The notes under the pieces are model-generated. The model made no database searches and was not told the DNA's origin. It worked only from the letters and a program-made list of their open reading frames with translations. Below are positions 1 to 6,551 of a stretch of DNA of 26,077 nt, in pieces. Location: the NCBI GenBank assembly GCA_031409335.1, contig JANNWY010000102.1:1-26077 (forward strand). The letters run 5' to 3'. Within the stretch, counting starts at the first letter, position 1. Every line of letters starts with the position of its first letter. This DNA comes from Chthoniobacteraceae bacterium. GTDB taxonomy: Bacteria; Verrucomicrobiota; Verrucomicrobiia; Chthoniobacterales; Chthoniobacteraceae. Position numbers and translations under genes: made by a program.

Positions 1-5
1 CGGAT

Positions 6-2702
6 GTGAAGCCGGAGCAGGCCCGGCAATCGAACGACAAGTATTCCGCCGTGGCCTACCAGACGGAGAAGGATGTGAACTTTGTGCTGGTGCATGAGGG
101 CGCCATCTCGACGGGGCTGAGCGAGAGTTGGTCGGAGACGAGCCGCAGGTGGAGCATCGAGGGGAATATTCATCTTGTGGATCGCGAGAAGACGAAGGCG
201 GCGAGCAGGAACGTGGACAAGCGCGTCATCGCGCTGAAATACACATCGGACGCGCCGACGAAGCTGTTCCTCGATGGCAAAGCCTACGAACTCGCGACGC
301 CGACGCTGGCATCATCGAAAGGCGCGCTGGAAATGCCGGGCCGCATTTTCATCCTGCGCGATGAGGGCGAGCCGTTTCAGACTGACCGCACGCTGGCGCT
401 GCGAAGCGTGAAGGATCTCGTGACCATCGGCGACTTCGCGATGCACGACCTTTTCATGGCCGAGACCTACGCGGACAACCGCCGCGTGCAGAAGCTGGAG
501 GGCTGGGCGCTCGCGTGGGATACGCAGAACCCCATCCAGCACAGCGATGGCGAATACGTGGCGCAGATGCGGATCTTCCCCGATGGCCGCGTGCTCGCGC
601 TGTCGAACGGGCGGGAGTTGAAGGAGTTCAAAATCACGCAGGCCGACTTCGCGGAGCTGACGCGCTGGCTCGTCGAGGAGGGCAAGGTCGGTGAGTGGAA
701 ACCGGAGAAGGTGAAAATCGCGAACACAGGACAAGAGCTTGAGATGTCGCCGGTGAAAAACGTGTGGGATCGCGAAACGGACGTCCTCATTTTCACGCGC
801 GACGGCAAACGCCACGGCATCGCCGTCGAGCACGGCGGGCCGGGGCCGGTGTTCGACGTGATTCGCGAGCGGCTGTGGGAACTGGCGAAGAGCGGCGCGG
901 TGGCAAAAGCGGCGGACGTTGCGCCGAAGAAAGGCGGGCTGATTGTCCGCGCTCGCGGCGAGTGGAGTGCGGAGTGGCAGGCGCTTTCCAAAGTCGTCGC
1001 TGAGTCGCGCGGGCTGACGGAGTCGAAGGCGGAGGATCTCGTCGCATGGGGGGCGGAGGGCGACGGGCTGCGCTCGGGGATGCTCATCCCGAAGCGCGCG
1101 AAGCTCGGCGACACTGTGAAGCCGCTGCTGGTGCTGCGAAATGTTTCCGGCGCGACGAAGGAGATGAAAGTCTGCACTTCGCTGAACGTGCTGACGCCGT
1201 CCGTCCGCACCGCCGACGGCAAGACGGCGGTGGAGGTGTTGAAGATAAGTCTGCGAGGAGCCGATGCTCTTTTCCCCGTGACGCTGGAGGCGGGCGAGCA
1301 ACTGGAGTTCGCCGGGCCGCCGGTGCTGTTCGGCGTCGGACCGGGCGCGGATGGAAAACCGAAGTTCCCCGACTGGCCCGTGGCAGGCGTGGTGACGGGC
1401 GCGGGGACGGTGCTGCTGAAATTCAATCTGCTGAACGTGCGCGGGCCGGAGACGGGCGAGGTCGCGATCCAAGTCGCGGCGGCGGGCGCGGTGATTCGCG
1501 GCAAGGTGCTCAAGCCCGACGGCACTCCGGCGGCGGGCGTGCCGGTGCGCGTGGATGATGGCATCGAGCGGTGGAAGTTTCGCGGGAATGGATTTCCGGA
1601 ACTACCAAAGGCGGTGACGACCGCGGCAGACGGAACATTTTCCATCGAAGTGCCGAAGCACTCGGTGGCGACGAACTACGAAGCCTTCGCCAGCAGCGAT
1701 GAGTTCGCTCCGCTGAATGCCAAGGTGCCGGAGGGCGGCGACGTGGGTGTGATGCAGTTTGCGAAAGGCAGCCTCGTGACCGGGCGCGTCTTCGGCCTCG
1801 ATGGCGCCGGGCTGGCGAAGGTGGGCATCTGGAGCATGCAACTCGAATGGCGCGGGCGCGGTCCTGCTCCCGCGAAAGTCACAAGCACCGGTGCCGACGG
1901 CACTTTCTCCATCCCGTCCATCGCGTCGGGAAAATACCTCCTGCGAATCATCACGCGCGACCTCGGTGCGAAGGAACTCGCGGTGGCGTTTGCTAATCCC
2001 GTCATCGAGGCAAAGGACGATGCGCCGGTCGCAGTAGAGATTCGCCCGCTGCCGACCGTGGACCTCGTGCTCGATGCACGCGTGCTGCGCGGAAATGTGG
2101 AGTTTCGCGATTTCGAGGTGCGTGTGTCGGGCACGCTGCCTGGACACAAAGCAGGCGATCCGGGGGCTTTCTGGACGAGGCAGGAAACGACGAAGCTCGC
2201 AGAAGGCAAACACACCATCGCGGTGCCAGCCGGTTTGAAGAATGCGACAGTGCGCGCGGATCGCATCTACATGCGCAAGGGCGACGACCCGGTGTTCATC
2301 TGGCGTCGCGAGGGCGTGGAGAAACGCGAGGTCGGGAACACGTTCGATCTCGGCGTCGCGGACAAGCCTCAGACCATAGGCCTCACCGCGCAGGATGCGG
2401 CGATGCTGGACATCTACATCACCAGCCCTGACGGCAAAAAACTGACAAACGTCAAACTCACCGGCAGCGCCGAGTGCGAAGCCTGGGGTAAACTCGCGCT
2501 GGACGAATGGAGTCAGTTGAATTTCCCAGACCACAGCAAAGGCGAGGCGCGTTTCCCGGCGTGCGAGCGAGTGACGTTCACCATCACGGCGGACGGTTGC
2601 GAGCCGTTGACGCAGGAACTCGGGATGATCAAGCCCGGCGAGAAAAAGGAAGTGCGGGTCGTAATGAAGACCGCCGCCGCAACGGGCGGCGGGTCGAGAT
2701 AA
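6..2702 (+). CDS. Large multidomain protein with carboxypeptidase-regulatory-like (beta-sandwich) repeats; 5'-partial
   Basis: 898-aa ORF whose frame is open to the window edge, so the GTG at 6 is probably not the true start. Repeats IRGKVLKPDGTPAAGVPVRV...TTAADGTFSI and VTGRVFGLDGAGLAKVGI...TGADGTFSIPSIASGKYLL are typical of CarboxypepD_reg-like domains. Such tails often follow an M56/BlaR1 or ECF-sigma N-terminus in PVC bacteria, but none is visible here. Confidence 0.75.
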   Translation: MKPEQARQSNDKYSAVAYQTEKDVNFVLVHEGAISTGLSESWSETSRRWSIEGNIHLVDREKTKAASRNVDKRVIALKYTSDAPTKLFLDGKAYELATPTLASSKGALEMPGRIFILRDEGEPFQTDRTLALRSVKDLVTIGDFAMHDLFMAETYADNRRVQKLEGWALAWDTQNPIQHSDGEYVAQMRIFPDGRVLALSNGRELKEFKITQADFAELTRWLVEEGKVGEWKPEKVKIANTGQELEMSPVKNVWDRETDVLIFTRDGKRHGIAVEHGGPGPVFDVIRERLWELAKSGAVAKAADVAPKKGGLIVRARGEWSAEWQALSKVVAESRGLTESKAEDLVAWGAEGDGLRSGMLIPKRAKLGDTVKPLLVLRNVSGATKEMKVCTSLNVLTPSVRTADGKTAVEVLKISLRGADALFPVTLEAGEQLEFAGPPVLFGVGPGADGKPKFPDWPVAGVVTGAGTVLLKFNLLNVRGPETGEVAIQVAAAGAVIRGKVLKPDGTPAAGVPVRVDDGIERWKFRGNGFPELPKAVTTAADGTFSIEVPKHSVATNYEAFASSDEFAPLNAKVPEGGDVGVMQFAKGSLVTGRVFGLDGAGLAKVGIWSMQLEWRGRGPAPAKVTSTGADGTFSIPSIASGKYLLRIITRDLGAKELAVAFANPVIEAKDDAPVAVEIRPLPTVDLVLDARVLRGNVEFRDFEVRVSGTLPGHKAGDPGAFWTRQETTKLAEGKHTIAVPAGLKNATVRADRIYMRKGDDPVFIWRREGVEKREVGNTFDLGVADKPQTIGLTAQDAAMLDIYITSPDGKKLTNVKLTGSAECEAWGKLALDEWSQLNFPDHSKGEARFPACERVTFTITADGCEPLTQELGMIKPGEKKEVRVVMKTAAATGGGSR

Positions 2703-2878
2703 AGCGCGTTCGTGTTGTCGCGGCCCGATCTTTCCAGCGAGTCGCTCACGAGTCGCGCGGCGGGATTTTCCAGCGACTCGGTGGCGTCGGGCGTGCGCAG
2801 GCGTTGGAGAATCTGGCTGTCGTAGAGGCCGTCGGTGCAGAGCAGGAAAATATCGCCCGGCTCGAAAGCGACGGTGCC
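2696..2878 (-). pseudogene. C-terminal fragment of a PP2C/PrpC-type Ser/Thr phosphatase
   Basis: Translation GTVAFEPGDIFLLCTDGLYDSQI...RLVSDSLERSGRDNTNALYL contains the PP2C motifs LLCTDGL and GxDNxT (here GRDNTN). The N-terminal DGxGG region is absent and only ~60 aa remain. Confidence 0.7.
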
Positions 2879-2942
2879 GTCCTGCGCCAAAGCCGGATGC
2901 ACCGCCCGCTTCCAACGACTCGCCGTAACCGGCGCGGCACTG

Positions 2943-3040
2943 GAACGACAAGTATTCCGCAGTGGCGCCAGACGGAGAAAAGTGTGAATTTTTCCCCCGT
3001 GTATGAAGGCTTCATCTCGACGGGGCTGGGCGAGGATTGG
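2943..3040 (+). repeat. Degenerate, frameshifted copy of positions 32-131 (internal part of the first CDS)
   Basis: GAACGACAAGTATTCCGC, CCAGACGGAGAA and CATCTCGACGGGGCTG are colinear with 32-131. A 2-nt deletion is present (GGCCTACCAG vs GGCGCCAG). Peptides: NDKYSAVA/QTEKSVNFSPVYEGFISTGLGEDW vs NDKYSAVAYQTEKDVNFVLVHEGAISTGLSESW. Confidence 0.85.
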
Positions 3041-3082
3041 CGGGATCGTCGAACCGGTTCCCTGAACTTAAAAAACGCGGTG

Positions 3083-3225
3083 AAACACCGCAGCGACGGG
3101 AAGATCGCAGAGGTTCAGGAAGGAATGCGCCGCGTCCGGCTCATGGGTCAGGTCACCCCCGCACGGTCCACATTTCTCTCCGCAATTCCCTGATACTCCG
3201 CGTTCATCCCGCCTCTGCGGTGTTT
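3083..3225. repeat. Imperfect inverted-repeat element (REP/MITE-like), ~39-bp arms
   Basis: 3083-3121 (AAACACCGCAGCGACGGGAAGATCGCAGAGGTTCAGGAA) matches the reverse complement of 3187-3225 at 31/39 positions by manual count; the outer 11 bp are perfect. Confidence 0.7.
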
Positions 3226-3316
3226 GGTAGTACCCATTTGCCATCAAGATCGGATCGCATCGGAATCGCTGCGTGCGAGTGCCGCGGCAAAGTAGTCGGC
3301 GTGCGATGCACGTCTC

Positions 3317-3338
3317 GCCGCGCTCTTTCGAGCGCGGC
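3317..3338 (-). terminator. GC hairpin with GAAA loop; truncated copy of the terminator at 4880-4913, lacking the U-tract
   Basis: Minus strand GCCGCGCTC-GAAA-GAGCGCGGC, starting 29 nt after the stop at 3367 and followed by GAGACG instead of a T-run. Confidence 0.5.
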
Positions 3339-3366
3339 TCTTGAAAGTTTCGTCGTGGGCCAGCGG

Positions 3367-4803
3367 TTACTTGGTGCTCGGCATGTAGCGGTAAAACACT
3401 TCGAGCATCAGGATGCAAAGCGTCGTGCGGTAACACGGGCCGGCGCCGTTGGGTTTCGGCTGCGGGCCATGCGCGCCTGGCGTTGGCGGCCAGCTTCCGT
3501 CGGGGCTTTGGTTGTCGGCGATTTCATCCTGAAACATCCGGTTCCATTTCGACCAAGCCGAGCCGCCAAACATCAGGCAAGCCTGCGTGTGATAGTACCA
3601 CGCATAGAGGTCCGCTTCGGACTTGCCGCCTTTGTATTTTACTTCGGCTTTGCCGAGCAGGAAGGCGATGCCTTCCTTGACCACGCGGTCCTTGTCCTCC
3701 TTCCAGAAATAGGTGCAGAGCACGCCGACGCCGGTGAGGCTCAATCGGTTCTCCGCCTTGGTATAGCCGAAGCCACCTTCGTTCCCCTGCCAGCTTTTCA
3801 GGAATGGCATCGCTCGATCCAGCGCCTCATCGACGCCAGGAATCGCGAGCCCGGTCAGATGCGCGGCTTTGAGCGCCTGAATCTGCCAGCCAGCCACGGA
3901 CAGATCGTTGCGCGGGCCTTTGGCGTATCCGTAATCCCAACCGCCAACTGGCGTCTGGCCATCGACGATGTAGCCGACCGCTTTTTTGAGCAGCGGTTCA
4001 AAGCGCTCGTCCTTGGTCATCGAGTAATACTCACCCATCGCGTAAGTCACGATGCCGTGTTCATAGACGCCGGCGTTGCCGCCAAATCCGTCTTTCGTCA
4101 GCGACATCCGCCCGTCAAATTCCTGGCCGCGCGCGAGCACCCAGTCGAGCGACCGCTTCACGGTCGGGCCGAATTCCGGCGACTCGGGGAGTTCGCCGTG
4201 GCCGAGAAAGGCGAGCAGCGCGAGTCCCGTCATGGCGGGTTTGAATTCGTCGCTCCACGAGCCATCCGGGTTTTGATGCTGCTTCAGCCAGCGGAGTCCG
4301 GCGACCACGGCCTTTTCGCTTTTTTCGGTGCCACCGGTTTTCATTGCCGCTTTCCGGCGCGCGGTCGCTCCATTCCGACCGGCGAATACACCGGAAATTG
4401 CGGGAGCCGGATTGCGCAACGCTGTGGCATTGATCTGCGCGACGAGTCCGGGCACTTTGGCGGTGGCTTGGACCAGTTCGATTCTTGCCGGTGTTACCGG
4501 GATGGTTGCCGTGATTGGGTTTTGGACTTGCGGCGATGCAATGGGTTCCTGACTTCGCAGCAATTCCTCATCGGAAGGAGTTGGGACGATTGGATTGGAT
4601 TCGATGTTAGGCTCATCCGTTTTCACCAGTTCGCCGGGTGGCGAAAAATCTTCCGCTGGTGGCATGCGATGAAACAGGACCGCACCGCCGCCGATGATGA
4701 CGATGACGACGTGCAGCAGCAGCGAGAAGGTGAGGAATCGCGACTGCGCGATTCTTTCCTGCAAGCGCGTGGAGAAGGGAGGCCGGTTTGGAGTTGGAGT
4801 CAT
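3367..4803 (-). CDS. Membrane-anchored prenyltransferase/squalene-oxidase-repeat protein (paralog 2)
   Basis: Start moved to ATG 4803 (MTPTPNRPP) by alignment with the paralog. N-terminal hydrophobic anchor FSLLLHVVIVIIGG, Pro-rich linker, and QW-like repeats WLKQHQNPDGSW, GQTPVGGWDY, WQGNEGGFGY, NQSPDGSWP. No DXDD cyclase motif seen. Confidence 0.85.
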   Translation of the reverse strand: MTPTPNRPPFSTRLQERIAQSRFLTFSLLLHVVIVIIGGGAVLFHRMPPAEDFSPPGELVKTDEPNIESNPIVPTPSDEELLRSQEPIASPQVQNPITATIPVTPARIELVQATAKVPGLVAQINATALRNPAPAISGVFAGRNGATARRKAAMKTGGTEKSEKAVVAGLRWLKQHQNPDGSWSDEFKPAMTGLALLAFLGHGELPESPEFGPTVKRSLDWVLARGQEFDGRMSLTKDGFGGNAGVYEHGIVTYAMGEYYSMTKDERFEPLLKKAVGYIVDGQTPVGGWDYGYAKGPRNDLSVAGWQIQALKAAHLTGLAIPGVDEALDRAMPFLKSWQGNEGGFGYTKAENRLSLTGVGVLCTYFWKEDKDRVVKEGIAFLLGKAEVKYKGGKSEADLYAWYYHTQACLMFGGSAWSKWNRMFQDEIADNQSPDGSWPPTPGAHGPQPKPNGAGPCYRTTLCILMLEVFYRYMPSTK

Positions 4804-4826
4804 GGGGAACGAGGATTCTCTGGAAC

Positions 4827-4855
4827 ATACGGATGCCGCATCGGGAATATTAGAC
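4827..4855 (-). promoter_or_regulatory. Bipartite motif GTCTAATAT-N15-CGTAT (candidate ECF-sigma promoter), copy 2
   Basis: Plus strand ATACG (4827-4831), 15 nt, ATATTAGAC (4847-4855), 24 nt upstream of ATG 4803. The same motif with the same spacing occurs at 6491-6519. Confidence 0.55.
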
Positions 4856-4879
4856 CGCCGGGTGCCTGGGAGTGGACGC

Positions 4880-4913
4880 AAAAAAGAGCCGCGCCCTTTC
4901 GAGCGCGGCTCTT
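4880..4913 (-). terminator. Rho-independent terminator of the 4937-6388 gene
   Basis: Minus strand AAGAGCCGCGCTC-GAAA-GGGCGCGGCTCTT followed by TTTT, starting 24 nt after the stop codon. Confidence 0.85.
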
Positions 4914-4936
4914 GAAAATTTAGGGTGTGCCAGCGG

Positions 4937-6388
4937 TTACTTGTTGCTCGGCATGTAGCGGTAAAATACTTCGAGCATCAGGATGCAAAGGGTGGTGCGG
5001 TAATAGGGTCCGGCACCGTCGGGCTTGGGCTGAGGGCCGTGCGCGCCGGCAGTGGGTGGCCAGCTTCCGTCGGGGCTTTGGTTGTCGGCGATTTCATCCT
5101 GAAACATCCGGTTCCATTTCGACCACGCTGAACCGCCAAACATCAGGCAAGCCTGCGTGTGATAGTACCACGCGTACAAATCGGCAGGAGACTTGCCGCC
5201 TTTGTATTTCACTTCGGCTTTGCCGAGGATGAAGTCGATGCCCGCCTTCACGGACCGATCCTTCGATTCTTTCCAAAAATAGGTGCAGAGCACGCCGACG
5301 CCAGTGAGGCTCAATTTGTTTTCCGCCTTGGTGTAGCCAAATCCGCCCTCGTCGCCTTGCATGCTCTTGAGGTATGGCATCGCCTTGTCCAAAGCCTCGT
5401 CCACGCCGGGCAGGCCGAGGCCAGTCAGGTGCGCGGCTTTCAGCGCCTGAATCTGCCAGCCAGCCACGGAAAGATCGTTTCGCGGCCCCTTCGCAAATCC
5501 ATAGTCCCACCCGCCGGCAGGATTTTGCCCGTTGACGATGTGACCGATGGCCATTTTCAGCAGCTCGGTGAAACGTTCGTCCTTGGTCATCGAATAGTAT
5601 TCGCCGATCGCATAGGTCAGAATTCCATGCTCATAGACGCCGGCATTGCCGCCCCATCCGTCCTTGGTCAGCGACATCCGTCCCTGAAACTCCGTGCCGC
5701 GCTGCAGCACCCAGTCCAGCGCCTTCTTCACGGTGACCCCAAACTCGGGTGACTCGGGAAGTTCGCCGTGCCCTAGAAAACAAAGGAGGGCAAGGCCCGT
5801 CATCGCAGGCCGGTGCTCATTGCTCCATGAGCCGTCTGGACTCTGGTGATCCTTCAGCCAGCGCAGTCCGGCCATCACGGCCTTTTCGCTTTTGTCCTTT
5901 TGATTGTTCTTCATCTGCAGGGCACTCCGCATCGAGCCACCCATCCGTCCGCCCATCGTTCCCGGCAGCCCTTTTCCCACTGTCTTTGACAACGACTTGG
6001 TATCGGTCACCATTTTTGCATCCCCCGCGATGGCTTTTACCGGCATCGGAATACTGGCCATCTGGAAGCTAGAGTTGTTCGTCGTGTTGGTGACGATCGC
6101 GCTCACGGTCGGTGCCGCGACCGAGGGTGCTTCGGGTGTGAAACTCTGCTCTTGCGACACGTCGGGCGGTTGTTCCACCGGCGCTTGCACGCTGGCTTCC
6201 GCACTCATCAGGCCGTCGCCTTCGCTCGTGAAATCCGGCGCGTCGATGGTTTTGGTGAAAAGCACGACGCTGCCGCCGAGGACGATGATGACCACGTGCA
6301 GCAGCAGCGAAAACGTAAAGAAACGCGATTCCGCGATCCGTTCCTGCAGTTTTTGGGCAAAGGATTTTTGTTCGGGAGCGGCGTCCAT
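4937..6388 (-). CDS. Membrane-anchored prenyltransferase/squalene-oxidase-repeat protein (paralog 1)
   Basis: 483 aa. Anchor FSLLLHVVIIVLGG; QW-like repeats WLKDHQSPDGSW, GQNPAGGWDY, MQGDEGGFGY, NQSPDGSWP. The C-terminal domain is nearly identical to that of 3367-4803. Confidence 0.88.
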   Translation of the reverse strand: MDAAPEQKSFAQKLQERIAESRFFTFSLLLHVVIIVLGGSVVLFTKTIDAPDFTSEGDGLMSAEASVQAPVEQPPDVSQEQSFTPEAPSVAAPTVSAIVTNTTNNSSFQMASIPMPVKAIAGDAKMVTDTKSLSKTVGKGLPGTMGGRMGGSMRSALQMKNNQKDKSEKAVMAGLRWLKDHQSPDGSWSNEHRPAMTGLALLCFLGHGELPESPEFGVTVKKALDWVLQRGTEFQGRMSLTKDGWGGNAGVYEHGILTYAIGEYYSMTKDERFTELLKMAIGHIVNGQNPAGGWDYGFAKGPRNDLSVAGWQIQALKAAHLTGLGLPGVDEALDKAMPYLKSMQGDEGGFGYTKAENKLSLTGVGVLCTYFWKESKDRSVKAGIDFILGKAEVKYKGGKSPADLYAWYYHTQACLMFGGSAWSKWNRMFQDEIADNQSPDGSWPPTAGAHGPQPKPDGAGPYYRTTLCILMLEVFYRYMPSNK

Positions 6389-6400
6389 ATGAGTGATGTT

Positions 6401-6429
6401 TAATTAGTGCGTGGGAAAGCGGGTGTCAA
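6401..6429 (-). promoter_or_regulatory. Candidate sigma70-type promoter TTGACA-N17-TAATTA
   Basis: Perfect -35 (plus strand TGTCAA 6424-6429), 17-nt spacer, AT-rich -10 (6401-6406), 12 nt before ATG 6388. Confidence 0.5.
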
Positions 6430-6490
6430 TGTTACCGAACCCGCCGTTGACGGTCGTTTTGGCGTCGGCACGATTGATTGATCATTGCGG

Positions 6491-6519
6491 ATACGCACGG
6501 AGGCACCGCGATATTAGAC
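6491..6519 (-). promoter_or_regulatory. Bipartite motif GTCTAATAT-N15-CGTAT (candidate ECF-sigma promoter), copy 1
   Basis: Plus strand ATACG (6491-6495), 15 nt, ATATTAGAC (6511-6519). The spacer sequence differs from that of copy 2. Confidence 0.55.
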
Positions 6520-6523
6520 GTTC

Positions 6524-6551
6524 AAAAAAGATGCCCGCGCGAATCACGGCA
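6524..6551 (-). terminator. Possible weak intrinsic terminator overlapping the stop of the 6544 gene
   Basis: Minus strand TGCC-GTG-ATTCG-CGC-G-GGCA followed by TCTTTTTT. The stem is imperfect. Confidence 0.35.

Noticed and set aside
312..2951. Long minus-strand ORFs (386, 392, 449 aa)
   Set aside because: Antisense shadows of the 898-aa gene in GC-rich DNA, with no recognisable motifs apart from the PP2C fragment listed separately.
32..3040. Repeat pair 32-131 / 2943-3040 as a DGR template and variable repeat
   Set aside because: Mismatches are not confined to adenines, there is an indel, and no reverse transcriptase is present in the window.
3068..3436. 122-aa minus-strand ORF with LMANGYYQTP, faintly like a RAYT HUH motif
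   Set aside because: Both His residues of HUH are absent, and the ORF runs through the IR element and hairpin.
3037..4923. 628-aa plus-strand ORF
   Set aside because: Antisense to the well-supported paralog 2; Arg-rich shadow composition.
3367..6388. Calling the paralogs squalene-hopene cyclase (shc)
   Set aside because: Single barrel, N-terminal anchor and stalk, no DXDD motif.
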